The notes under the pieces: model-generated
What the model was told of the DNA's origin: nothing
Seen by the model: only the letters and a program-made list of their open reading frames with translations
Databases searched by the model: none
Part shown: positions 56,399 to 64,000 of the stretch, in pieces
Layout: every line of letters begins with the position of its first letter
Numbering within the stretch: the first letter of the stretch is position 1
Translations under genes and position numbers: made by a program
Assembly (NCBI GenBank): GCA_035291225.1
Contig: DATDSO010000004.1
Location: forward strand, 490,765-554,764
DNA from: an archaeon
Lineage (GTDB): Archaea > Aenigmatarchaeota > Aenigmatarchaeia > Aenigmatarchaeales > JACQIB01
Reading direction: 5' to 3'
DNA: 64,000 nucleotides

Positions 56399-57511
56399 AT
56401 GCACCCAGAAGCGGTTGAATCTCTCAAAGAAATTTCTGAAGATTTGCTGAAAGAATTTCCCGGAGCTATAAAAGCAATCTGGGTTTATGGCTCGGCTGCG
56501 CGCGGAACAGCAAAGCCGACTTCTGATATTGACATGATGGTTTTGCTTGATGATGTGCAGAAAGAAATTTCTTCCGGAATAATTGAAATGATTGACGGGC
56601 GTCTGCTTGAACTTACGAAGAAAATGCAAAAAGAGAAAAAGGTAAACTTTCACGCGCAGGCACCGAAAAAATTGAGCGACTGGTGGGATCTGCTCAGAAG
56701 CGGCGAGCCGTGGGTTTTCACTTCAATGAGAGATGCGATCCCAATTTACGACCCTTCTGGATATATTGAACCAATTCAACGCCTGCTTTCCGCAGGAAGA
56801 ATGCACGGAACTTGGGAGCGCAGCCACATGCTTATTGAGCGCGCGCCCTTCCGCTTGCAAAGCGCGAGAAAAATCTTTATTGAGGAAATTACAGCAGATT
56901 TGCTTTCCGCAATGGTTGATTCATCGCATGCAGTTTTAATGTACGCCGGCACTGCGCCGCCATCTGCTCCACAGATAGGGGCTGAGATGAGAAGGCAGTT
57001 CTGCGAAAAGAATTTATTGGAGCCCGGCTTTCCTGAATTATATGAAGACTTTTTCGAAACTGTGAAGAAGATAGAGCATGGTGAGATGACTAAAGTTTCT
57101 GGGAAAGAATTGGACAAATGGATTGGCCGTACAAAAGCTTTTATTATTCGCATGGAAGGTTTGTTCGCTGTGCTCGAAACGGAGAAGAAAAAGGAATTAA
57201 TAGAGGAAGCTTACAAGGAAAGCACAGAAGCCTGCAGTTCTGCTTTGGGAAAGCTCGGAGTCTCTGTTGAGGAGGAAAAAGAAATTTTAAAATTCGTGGA
57301 GAGCCATCTGATAAAGCCGGGGCATGTTTCAAAAGCTTACATGGAAATTCTGAAAAAGATTTTCTCAATGAAGGATGCGCTCGAGTCTGGAAAACTTTCT
57401 GAACTGAGCGAAAAGGATATATACAGCTCGCATATGTACGCGAAAAATCTGCACTCTGCATTAGACGAAATAAAAATAAAACCGAGGGATAAACATGGAA
57501 AGCAAAGATAA
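56399..57511 (+). CDS. Pol-beta-type minimal nucleotidyltransferase fused to HEPN-like domains
   Basis: VYGSAARG...SDIDMMVLLDD; IYDPSG; helical domain with KKIEHG. Confidence 0.82.
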   Translation: MHPEAVESLKEISEDLLKEFPGAIKAIWVYGSAARGTAKPTSDIDMMVLLDDVQKEISSGIIEMIDGRLLELTKKMQKEKKVNFHAQAPKKLSDWWDLLRSGEPWVFTSMRDAIPIYDPSGYIEPIQRLLSAGRMHGTWERSHMLIERAPFRLQSARKIFIEEITADLLSAMVDSSHAVLMYAGTAPPSAPQIGAEMRRQFCEKNLLEPGFPELYEDFFETVKKIEHGEMTKVSGKELDKWIGRTKAFIIRMEGLFAVLETEKKKELIEEAYKESTEACSSALGKLGVSVEEEKEILKFVESHLIKPGHVSKAYMEILKKIFSMKDALESGKLSELSEKDIYSSHMYAKNLHSALDEIKIKPRDKHGKQR

Positions 57512-58265
57512 AAAAATATCTATTATAAAAGATTTTTCAACAAGAATTCATAGAAACTACTCCAGACTGATAAAGGCTATCTGGTTTGTTCCTAATGGAG
57601 TCCAGAGCGTGATGTTTCTTATAGACGACACAAAGCCTTTGGACCTTACTTCTGTTGAGAGAATGAAAATTGATGCGAATTCCATTGAAAAAGAATTTGA
57701 AGAAAAAAAAGGCATGAAAATTGAAACTATATTTTATAATCTTACGGACTACTGGGAACTTGTACGGCACGGCTCGCCTGTGACTTTTACTGAAATTAGA
57801 GATGGGATTCCATTATTTGACCCGACAGGATTTTTTGTTCCAATAAAAAAACTTTTGCTGCAGGGAAGAATTCCTGGGACAAAGGAAGCAATGAAAAGTT
57901 TATTGGAGGAAGCCCCTCTGAGACTTTTAAGGATAGAGCGCTCGCACATGAACAGAATTGTGAATGAGCTTGCTGCAGCTGTTGTTGATGCTGGGCAGGC
58001 ACCTTTGCTTTTAGTTGGAGTTGCGCCGCCGACTGCGCGTGAGCTTGGAGAAAAATTAAAAATTCATTTAGTTGACAAAGGATTTCTTGAAGCCGAATAT
58101 GTGCGCTACTATGAGGAAGTTTTTGGATATATGAAAGCTGTTGAGCACGGAGAGGTTCAGCACATTTCTCCGGAAGAGCTTGAAAAGTTTTTGGACAAAA
58201 CAGAAAAATTTGTTGAGAGAATGGAAAAGCTGATGGGGGAGTTAGGGAAGAAAGGTAATTTATAA
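57495..58265 (+). CDS. Paralogous NTase-HEPN protein with a degenerate catalytic motif
   Basis: IKAIW, DYWEL.R.GSP, IRDGIPLFDPTG, GRIPGT and KAVEHG align with the upstream gene, but GS...DxD is missing. Confidence 0.78.
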   Translation: MESKDKKISIIKDFSTRIHRNYSRLIKAIWFVPNGVQSVMFLIDDTKPLDLTSVERMKIDANSIEKEFEEKKGMKIETIFYNLTDYWELVRHGSPVTFTEIRDGIPLFDPTGFFVPIKKLLLQGRIPGTKEAMKSLLEEAPLRLLRIERSHMNRIVNELAAAVVDAGQAPLLLVGVAPPTARELGEKLKIHLVDKGFLEAEYVRYYEEVFGYMKAVEHGEVQHISPEELEKFLDKTEKFVERMEKLMGELGKKGNL

Positions 58266-58287
58266 ATTATAAAATGTTATACTTTTT

Positions 58288-58923
58288 ATGGCAAATAAAA
58301 TTTATTTAATTCCAAAACCAGAAACATTAAGAGCCGAGTTGAAAAAAGGAAAACTGACCGACAAGCAAGCTTATTCTATAGTTTCCAGTTTTGGGCGCGC
58401 AGCAAAAAATAATGTAGGCCTCGCTCAGCAAAGATCTGATGAGTATAGAGAATCTCTTAAAGACGAAGAGCTTGAAACTCTTGTTAAGAAAGCATCTGGT
58501 TATGCGAAACAAAATAATGAAAATCGGGGCGTAATAGGAGATGCAATTGTTTTATTGGGAATTAAAGGAGATGCACAGGCGTATGGCTGGCATGCTGACC
58601 TTAGAGAAGGCATTCCTGTGATTACAATATCTGCTCTAAAAAATATAGCGAAAAATGGAAGAGGTGAAGAAGCGTAAAGAGCTGTGCAGCAATTAATTGA
58701 TGTGGTTGAAAAAAACAAACCCGGAAGACAAAAATTAGTTGATGATATCTATGAACACATTTCTCCAGAAGAAAGAGGAAAACTTGTAGACGAAGTTGTG
58801 AGTTTCGCAGCAGAGCAAAAAATCGAAGGTTCAAAAGAATTTGCTAGAGATACAATACAACTTTTAGAAGCTGCAGGGCACAAAGGTAAAAAAGTTACAT
58901 ATAATTACGCTAATCAAAAATAG
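58288..58923 (+). pseudogene. Helical-repeat protein split by one in-frame TAA (58675-58677)
   Basis: Track ORFs 58288..58677 and 58684..58923 are in the same frame; the stop aligns with a Tyr in paralog 58984. Confidence 0.55.
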
Positions 58924-58983
58924 AAAATTTCAAAATCTCCGCAGAATTTAAAGCTTTAAATATAATGAATATCTAAAAATTTT

Positions 58984-59592
58984 ATGCCAAAAGCAGAAAG
59001 TGGTATTTTAAATCCGAAAAAGGTTTTAGAAAAATTAAAATCACTTCCTGGGAAGTATGAAAGCACAGACCAGTACAAAGAAGCGATTGAGTTTGGCTAT
59101 AATGTTGTTTCTGAAATTATGAAGCTTTGCCGCGAGGGCAGCGGACAGAAAGCAAAAAAAACAGTTAATAAATTCTACAGAACTCTGGGGGCCGAAGAAA
59201 GGCATAGTTTAGTTACATTAGCCGAAACTTACGCTCAGCATAACAGGGGGACAGAAAAAGACATTGAAGGCGCGCAAGATGTTTTGGCAATTGATCGCAA
59301 AGTGGAGTTGATCAGATCAACCCCGGATGTCATGAGAGCGCAAGGATTTGATGAAAAGTATGTAAAGAAATCTTCTTACAGTGCAGTTGAAACTCTTGTA
59401 ACAGCAGCAACTCGCTACCCAGCTGTTGCTGGATTAGTTTCCTCTTTGGCAAGAAAAGAACCTGCTTCTGATCGAGCCAGCCTATTGGCTGAAGCGCAAG
59501 CTTATGTCAGAGAAGAACATCCGACTGGCGGTGAAAAAGTTCTTTCCCAAGCAGGTTTCCTAACAGCAGAAAATAAAAAGAAAAAATCTTAA
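58984..59592 (+). CDS. Hypothetical two-repeat helical protein
   Basis: Repeats GYNVVSEI...EERHSLVTLAETYA and SYSAVETL...SDRASLLAEAQAYV. Confidence 0.65.
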   Translation: MPKAESGILNPKKVLEKLKSLPGKYESTDQYKEAIEFGYNVVSEIMKLCREGSGQKAKKTVNKFYRTLGAEERHSLVTLAETYAQHNRGTEKDIEGAQDVLAIDRKVELIRSTPDVMRAQGFDEKYVKKSSYSAVETLVTAATRYPAVAGLVSSLARKEPASDRASLLAEAQAYVREEHPTGGEKVLSQAGFLTAENKKKKS

Positions 59593-60236
59593 AATTTTAA
59601 AATCTCCGCGCCTGCTAAAGCTTTCCTTTCCAGCTCTTCCAAACTCTTCACTCCCTCCTCCAAACCTTTTACATAATTCAAATTCGCGTTTGTCTCAGGA
59701 TATTCTCCAACCAAAAAATTGCAGCAGTCTGGATAAGGCTTTATAGAAATTTCATAAGTCCCGAATTCTTTCGCGAGTTTTGTGATTTCTTCTTTGTCAA
59801 ATCCTACCAACGGTCTAAAAACTTTTTTTCCTGCAGCAGCCTCGTTTATCACAAACATATTCTGCAAAGTCTGCGAGGCAACTTGAGCTAAGCAATCTCC
59901 TGTGAGAAAACCTTTTGCTTTTTCTTTTTTTAGAATTTCTCCGGCAATTCTGAACATTGAGCGGCGGTACAAAATCATTCTAACATTGCTCGGCACAAGC
60001 TTTACAATTTCCATCTGCAGCTCGCGAAAGGGGATTAAATAAATTTTTTCGCATGGGATTTTTTTCGCAAGCTCAATAACTTTTTCCCGCACGCCCTCGC
60101 GCGCGCTTGTGTAATTGAAAAAATGCGCGCCAATAATTTTCCAGCCAAGATTTTTCATCATGGCCGAGGCGACTGGAGAGTCTATGCCGCCGGAGAGAAG
60201 AGAAATGAGTTTGCCTTTAGGTTTCATAAAAATCAT
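59589..60236 (-). CDS. thiI: ThiI-like tRNA sulfurtransferase, catalytic PP-loop domain only
   Basis: LLSGGIDSPVAS, YRRSM, TGDCLAQVASQTLQN, RPLVGFDKEEI, GTYEISIKPYPDCC. Confidence 0.82.
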   Translation of the reverse strand: MIFMKPKGKLISLLSGGIDSPVASAMMKNLGWKIIGAHFFNYTSAREGVREKVIELAKKIPCEKIYLIPFRELQMEIVKLVPSNVRMILYRRSMFRIAGEILKKEKAKGFLTGDCLAQVASQTLQNMFVINEAAAGKKVFRPLVGFDKEEITKLAKEFGTYEISIKPYPDCCNFLVGEYPETNANLNYVKGLEEGVKSLEELERKALAGAEILKF

Positions 60237-60237
60237 T

Positions 60238-60516
60238 TGGCGCCCAGGACAGGAATTTCTTTTCCTGATTTTGAATGCAGTCCACCTTTAATTTTTTCCC
60301 TTTTCCAATAAAAAAGAAAAGGTGGAAACCTGCGACCTGCTGGTGTCTTTTGCGCTCGCTTCGGTAAACCGAAGCTCGCAATAAATCATGTGACAAAATT
60401 ATTCGCCACGAAATTTATGGCAACTTATTTTCACATAATGACAGCGAGCGTGAAAAAATTATTTTTCACGCGAGCTCAATAACAGCCAGCCGCTCTTCCG
60501 GCTGAGCTACCTGGGC
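60238..60516 (-). tRNA. tRNA-Asn(GUU) with three introns: 37/38 (60345-60479), 54/55 (60275-60327), 59/60 (60255-60269)
   Basis: Acceptor GCCCAGG/CCTGGGC plus GCCA; D arm GCTC-AGCCGGAA-GAGC; GCTGG-CTGTTA|A-CCAGC; T stem GCAGG/CCTGT. Confidence 0.88.
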
Positions 60517-60675
60517 ATAGACAAAATTCGGTGGGGGTAAATTTATAAAGAAAGTTTTACAGAAAACTTTTTTTGTAGGTTTAAGTCCTGGTATCAGCGT
60601 CAAAATTCTTCACTTCCCATAGGTAACGAAAGCTTTATATACTAGTTATGCGCATATATTTGTAGGTGAAAACAT

Positions 60676-61287
60676 ATGCCAGAATATCATTTCCAAAGTC
60701 CCGTGCCCGATGGTGTTATGAGATCTGTGGCGCGAAGAGCTGGGCGACAACGTCTCCTAATAGATACAACTAAGAATAAATATCCATTTTCAGATAAGAA
60801 GGAAAATCCATTTCTAGATAAATATCCATTTTCAGATAAGGAGAAAGGTCTATCTCCAGGTGAGAAGAAATATCCATTTCAAGATAAGAATAAAGATCCA
60901 TTTCTAGATAAGAAGAAATATCCATTTCAAGATAAGAATAAAGATCCATTTCAAGATGAGAATAAAGATCCACCTAAATATTTTTTAACTAAAGAGCCTC
61001 CTAAAGAAAGATTTGTCGTAGTCGATGGCAGGCAAGTTCTTGTTCTTGATGACGGGTGCGGAACACTTACAGTAAAAGGATATGTTGAAAGAATAGTAGA
61101 AACGCCGAAAGGAGCTGTTGGAGATGTTGAGCCTGTGAGTATGTCTAATAGAAGAGTAGTGGAATATGCTATTTTATTTGATTCAACACCATACATACCA
61201 TCAAATTTTGTGAAGGGAATTACTAGAGAACCTACAAGAGTTAGGTTTGATGAACCGACAGATGAATTTTTTTTGAGATTTAGATAA
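60676..61287 (+). CDS. Hypothetical protein with tandem (K/D)(Y/D)PF.DK repeats
   Basis: TTTATATA element and AGGTGA SD; internal repeats. Confidence 0.65.
   Translation: MPEYHFQSPVPDGVMRSVARRAGRQRLLIDTTKNKYPFSDKKENPFLDKYPFSDKEKGLSPGEKKYPFQDKNKDPFLDKKKYPFQDKNKDPFQDENKDPPKYFLTKEPPKERFVVVDGRQVLVLDDGCGTLTVKGYVERIVETPKGAVGDVEPVSMSNRRVVEYAILFDSTPYIPSNFVKGITREPTRVRFDEPTDEFFLRFR
60773..60975 (+). repeat. In-frame coding tandem repeat, ~24-nt unit
   Basis: ATCCATTTC.AGATAAGAA units; exact 42-nt duplication at 60863 and 60911. Confidence 0.85.
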
Positions 61288-61816
61288 AGCATAAAAATTA
61301 AATCTTTTTTCCGAAAATTTCGGAAGTTTCGAAATTTTTCTCATTTTCTCCGCGCAAACCTAAATCCAAAAACATATTTTCCACAATAGAAATGCTTTAA
61401 ATACCCTATCAAGAAATTAAATTATTGAATTGGCTTTGATTTGCGCGATTGGCGTCGTTCAAATCGCGGTTTCATTTCCTTGGCGGGAAATAAAACCAAA
61501 CATTGGCTTTTGTCCGTTGGATTCTTACAAACAGTGTTAAGTATCTTTCTCAAAAAACCTTGGCGGGTCTTTTAAAAAACAATTTCTCAACGCAGATAAG
61601 TAGCATTCATGCTTTAAAAGCATTTCGCTTTTTGAAAATATACATTTTTGCGCGGAATGTCGGAGAAGAATTTGGAAATTGCTCCGAGATTTTTGCGCTG
61701 CGTGCTTGCACGCTTTGCTTTTGCTCAAAAAAATTTTAAACGCGCGGGAAACCGTGTTCCGCTTACAGAAAAATTTTGCGGGAGAAACTTTCGCAAAAAT
61801 AATTTGGTGGTAAAAT

Positions 61817-62977
61817 ATGGTACAAACAGGAATACAATCCGCTTTTGAAAGAGCATTCGGCTCTGGCGGGCAATCACCAGCGCGCAACAACGCGCCGGGC
61901 GTGCAGGGAAGAATTGAGGACGCAGAGAAAGTCGATTGGGAAAAAAGAGTAGAGGAAGAATTCGACTTGCAAATGCACAAAGCGAAAATCATGGTTGTGG
62001 GCTGCGGTGGCGCAGGATGCAATACAGTGACTCGCTTAACAGAAATGGGCGCAACAGGCGCTGACATTTTAGCAATCAACACAGACGCAAAACATTTGGC
62101 AATCACAAAAGCGCACAAGAAAATTTTGATTGGAAAGGACACTACAAGAGGATTGGGCGCTGGAGGATATCCAGAAGTTGGAAGAAAAGCTGCAGAGGAA
62201 AACCGAACGCAGTTGAAGCAGGCTCTGGAAGGAGCTGACTTGGTTTTCATCACAGCAGGAATGGGCGGCGGAACCGGAACAGGCTCGGCCTCAGTTGTTT
62301 CGGAAATCGCAAAGTCAATGGGAGCAATTGTAATCGGAGCTGTCACAATGCCGTTCAAAATGGAAGGAACAAGAATCAACAAAGCAGAAGACGGGCTTTC
62401 CAAATTGCGCACTGTTTCAGACACAGTAGTTGTAATAGAAAACCAAAAACTTTTAGAATACGCGGGAAGCATGCCGCTGGCGCAGGCGTTTGCATTAGCA
62501 GACGAATTGATCTCAATGATGATCAAGGGAATAACTGAGACAATAACTGTCCCATCGCTTGTAAACTTGGACTTTGCGGATGTGAAAGCAATAATGAAGT
62601 GCGGCGGAGTTTCAGCAATCTGCGTTGGCGAATCAGACTCGCAGACTCGCGTGAAAGACGCTGTGCTAAAAGCAATCAACCACCCGCTTTTGGAAGTAGA
62701 TTACCAGGGAGCTCTCGGCGCGCTGGTTCACGTAGTATGCGGCCCAGACTGCACACTTGCTGAGATAAACGAGGCAGGCGAGCTAATCTCAAAGAGATTG
62801 AGCCCAGAAGCTCAAGTAATTTGGGGAGCGCGCGTTTTGCCAGAATACACAGGCAAAGTGCAAGTAATAGCAATCGTAACTGGAGTAAAAAGCCCGTACC
62901 TGCTCGGACCAATGGAAAGAACAGAAGCAGCAAGAGCAGCAGAGAATGAGCTTGGAATCCCTGTGCTTCTCAGATAA
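61817..62977 (+). CDS. ftsZ: Cell division protein FtsZ
   Basis: VVGCGGAGCN, AINTD, AGMGGGTGTG, PFKMEG, VNLDFADVK, IWGAR. Confidence 0.97.
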   Translation: MVQTGIQSAFERAFGSGGQSPARNNAPGVQGRIEDAEKVDWEKRVEEEFDLQMHKAKIMVVGCGGAGCNTVTRLTEMGATGADILAINTDAKHLAITKAHKKILIGKDTTRGLGAGGYPEVGRKAAEENRTQLKQALEGADLVFITAGMGGGTGTGSASVVSEIAKSMGAIVIGAVTMPFKMEGTRINKAEDGLSKLRTVSDTVVVIENQKLLEYAGSMPLAQAFALADELISMMIKGITETITVPSLVNLDFADVKAIMKCGGVSAICVGESDSQTRVKDAVLKAINHPLLEVDYQGALGALVHVVCGPDCTLAEINEAGELISKRLSPEAQVIWGARVLPEYTGKVQVIAIVTGVKSPYLLGPMERTEAARAAENELGIPVLLR

Positions 62978-63484
62978 AATCTGAGAAGTTGGGAACTCAA
63001 AACACAAAATCAAAAATCACACTCGCAAGAGCACACATGACTTTATGTGGTGTGTGAATATTAGCAAAACTGATATTGACACGCCTTATAAAGTCAGAAA
63101 ATAATAGATGACGCGAAATAAAGTACCGTCCCTATTATTTTCATAAAAAATATTTGGCGGGCGGCCGACTGCGCAATTTTTTTCAAACTTTGCACGGCCC
63201 CCGCTTTCTATATTTTTACTCAGAGGCAAATGAAAACAAATGATGATAAAAATGACTGATAGAAAATTTTTGCTTGAGTGTTTTGAGAAATATTTCCCCG
63301 GTGATACAAATGCCGTCGGAAATCCAGAAGTCGCAGGAAGAGCAGCCTGAGGATCCGCCATTCTTTTTAGTGCTTGGTGGAGAAAGGCACAATTAATCTC
63401 ATTTGAGCGAGCAAGCAGCTTTCTTACGCTGCAAGCAATGAGCTCTCATTTTTGTTTTTTAAATTAGATAAACAAAATTTTTAT

Positions 63485-63889
63485 ATGCATTCAAAAGGTC
63501 AAACATCATTTGAGTACATGGCTATTGTTGCGATTGTTCTTGTTCTGCTTGTTCCGATTTCGACTTATGTCTACCAGCAGTCAGAAACTTCAAATCGCGC
63601 GAAACAGGCAGAAATTGCAGTGAATTCAATTGCAGCAGCCGCTGATGCTTTATACTCTCAGGGAGAGAGCGCGAAAACAACTCTGAATGTAAATCTCCCC
63701 GCAGGCTATTTGCCGAAAGAAAGCTATATTAAAAATAGCATTATTTTAATTGCTTACACAACGCCGCTGGGAAAGCAGTCTGCTGTTTCGCACTCAAGAG
63801 CAAATATTACTGGCGGTTTCTCAGCGGGATTTGGTTTCAAAGCATTTACATTGAAAGTCATATCTGGTCAGGTAAACATAAGCGGGTGA
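63485..63889 (+). CDS. Class III signal peptide (pilin-like) protein
   Basis: KG-QTSFEY followed by a hydrophobic helix. Confidence 0.82.
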   Translation: MHSKGQTSFEYMAIVAIVLVLLVPISTYVYQQSETSNRAKQAEIAVNSIAAAADALYSQGESAKTTLNVNLPAGYLPKESYIKNSIILIAYTTPLGKQSAVSHSRANITGGFSAGFGFKAFTLKVISGQVNISG

Positions 63890-63952
63890 AATTATGATGT
63901 TTAAAATCTATGATTTTAAACAGCTTGTTGAAAACCATAGGAGGTTTTTAAC

Positions 63953-64000
63953 ATGAAAGCCCAGGCTTCGTTTGAATTTCTGTCTTCTGTAATCGTTGTA
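63953..64000 (+). CDS. Pilin-like protein, 5' fragment
   Basis: GGAGGT SD, then MKA-QASFEFLSSVIVV running to the window edge. Confidence 0.7.
   Translation, partial: MKAQASFEFLSSVIVV

Noticed and set aside
58675..58677. Stop-codon reassignment
   Set aside because: A single case; TAA, TAG and TGA all end conserved genes at the expected positions
46304..59592. Provirus or integrated plasmid
   Set aside because: No integrase, capsid, terminase or replication gene recognised, and no att duplication of a tRNA end
60773..60975. Possible CRISPR array
   Set aside because: Units are adjacent with no unique spacers, keep the reading frame of an ORF, and no cas genes are present
61537..62679. 380-aa minus-strand ORF, and other long antisense ORFs such as 35739..36389 and 8911..9429
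   Set aside because: These are shadows of ftsZ, mcm and gatB, with no independent protein features
63240..63300. C/D-box sRNA candidate (ATGATGA...CTGA)
   Set aside because: No convincing second box pair; could equally be the start of a 36-codon ORF; unsupported either way
63086..63361. 91-aa minus-strand ORF
   Set aside because: No recognisable motifs, atypical composition, and it overlaps hairpin-rich spacer DNA
63403..63449. Seventh copy of the hairpin element on the minus strand (AGCTC...CTCGC)
   Set aside because: Stem, loop and tail deviate too much to include without a covariance model

Overview
Archaeal chromosome segment, most likely from a DPANN lineage (Aenigmarchaeota-like; this is inferred from gene content and protein style). 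Housekeeping genes include a type IV pilus ATPase and platform protein, gatCAB, glnA, lrp, asnS, ybaK, a MiaB-family methylthiotransferase, mtnP, dph6, dph5, tbp, mcm, an RPA32-like protein, aIF-2beta, RFC-L, hjc, Taw2/Trm5, a short thiI, ftsZ and pilins. These are interleaved with orphan genes and a block of large Ig-like surface proteins. Three things stand out. (1) All four tRNA genes are interrupted, with about 11 introns in total. tRNA-Arg(UCG) parses into four bulge-helix-bulge (BHB) introns with a 1-nt exon. (2) A dispersed family of small hairpin elements (AGCTCG-stem-TAAA-stem-CTCGC...ATGTG) occurs both between genes and inside a tRNA intron, and a 41-bp piece of the tRNA-Arg intron recurs upstream of mcm. 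This suggests a mobile mini-element route to tRNA intron gain. (3) A 13-kb co-directional uncharacterised region (46.3-59.6 kb) holds domain-shuffled coiled-coil paralogs, five membrane proteins (four clearly paralogous) and an intact/degenerate nucleotidyltransferase-HEPN pair. All calls were made by eye, without database searches.
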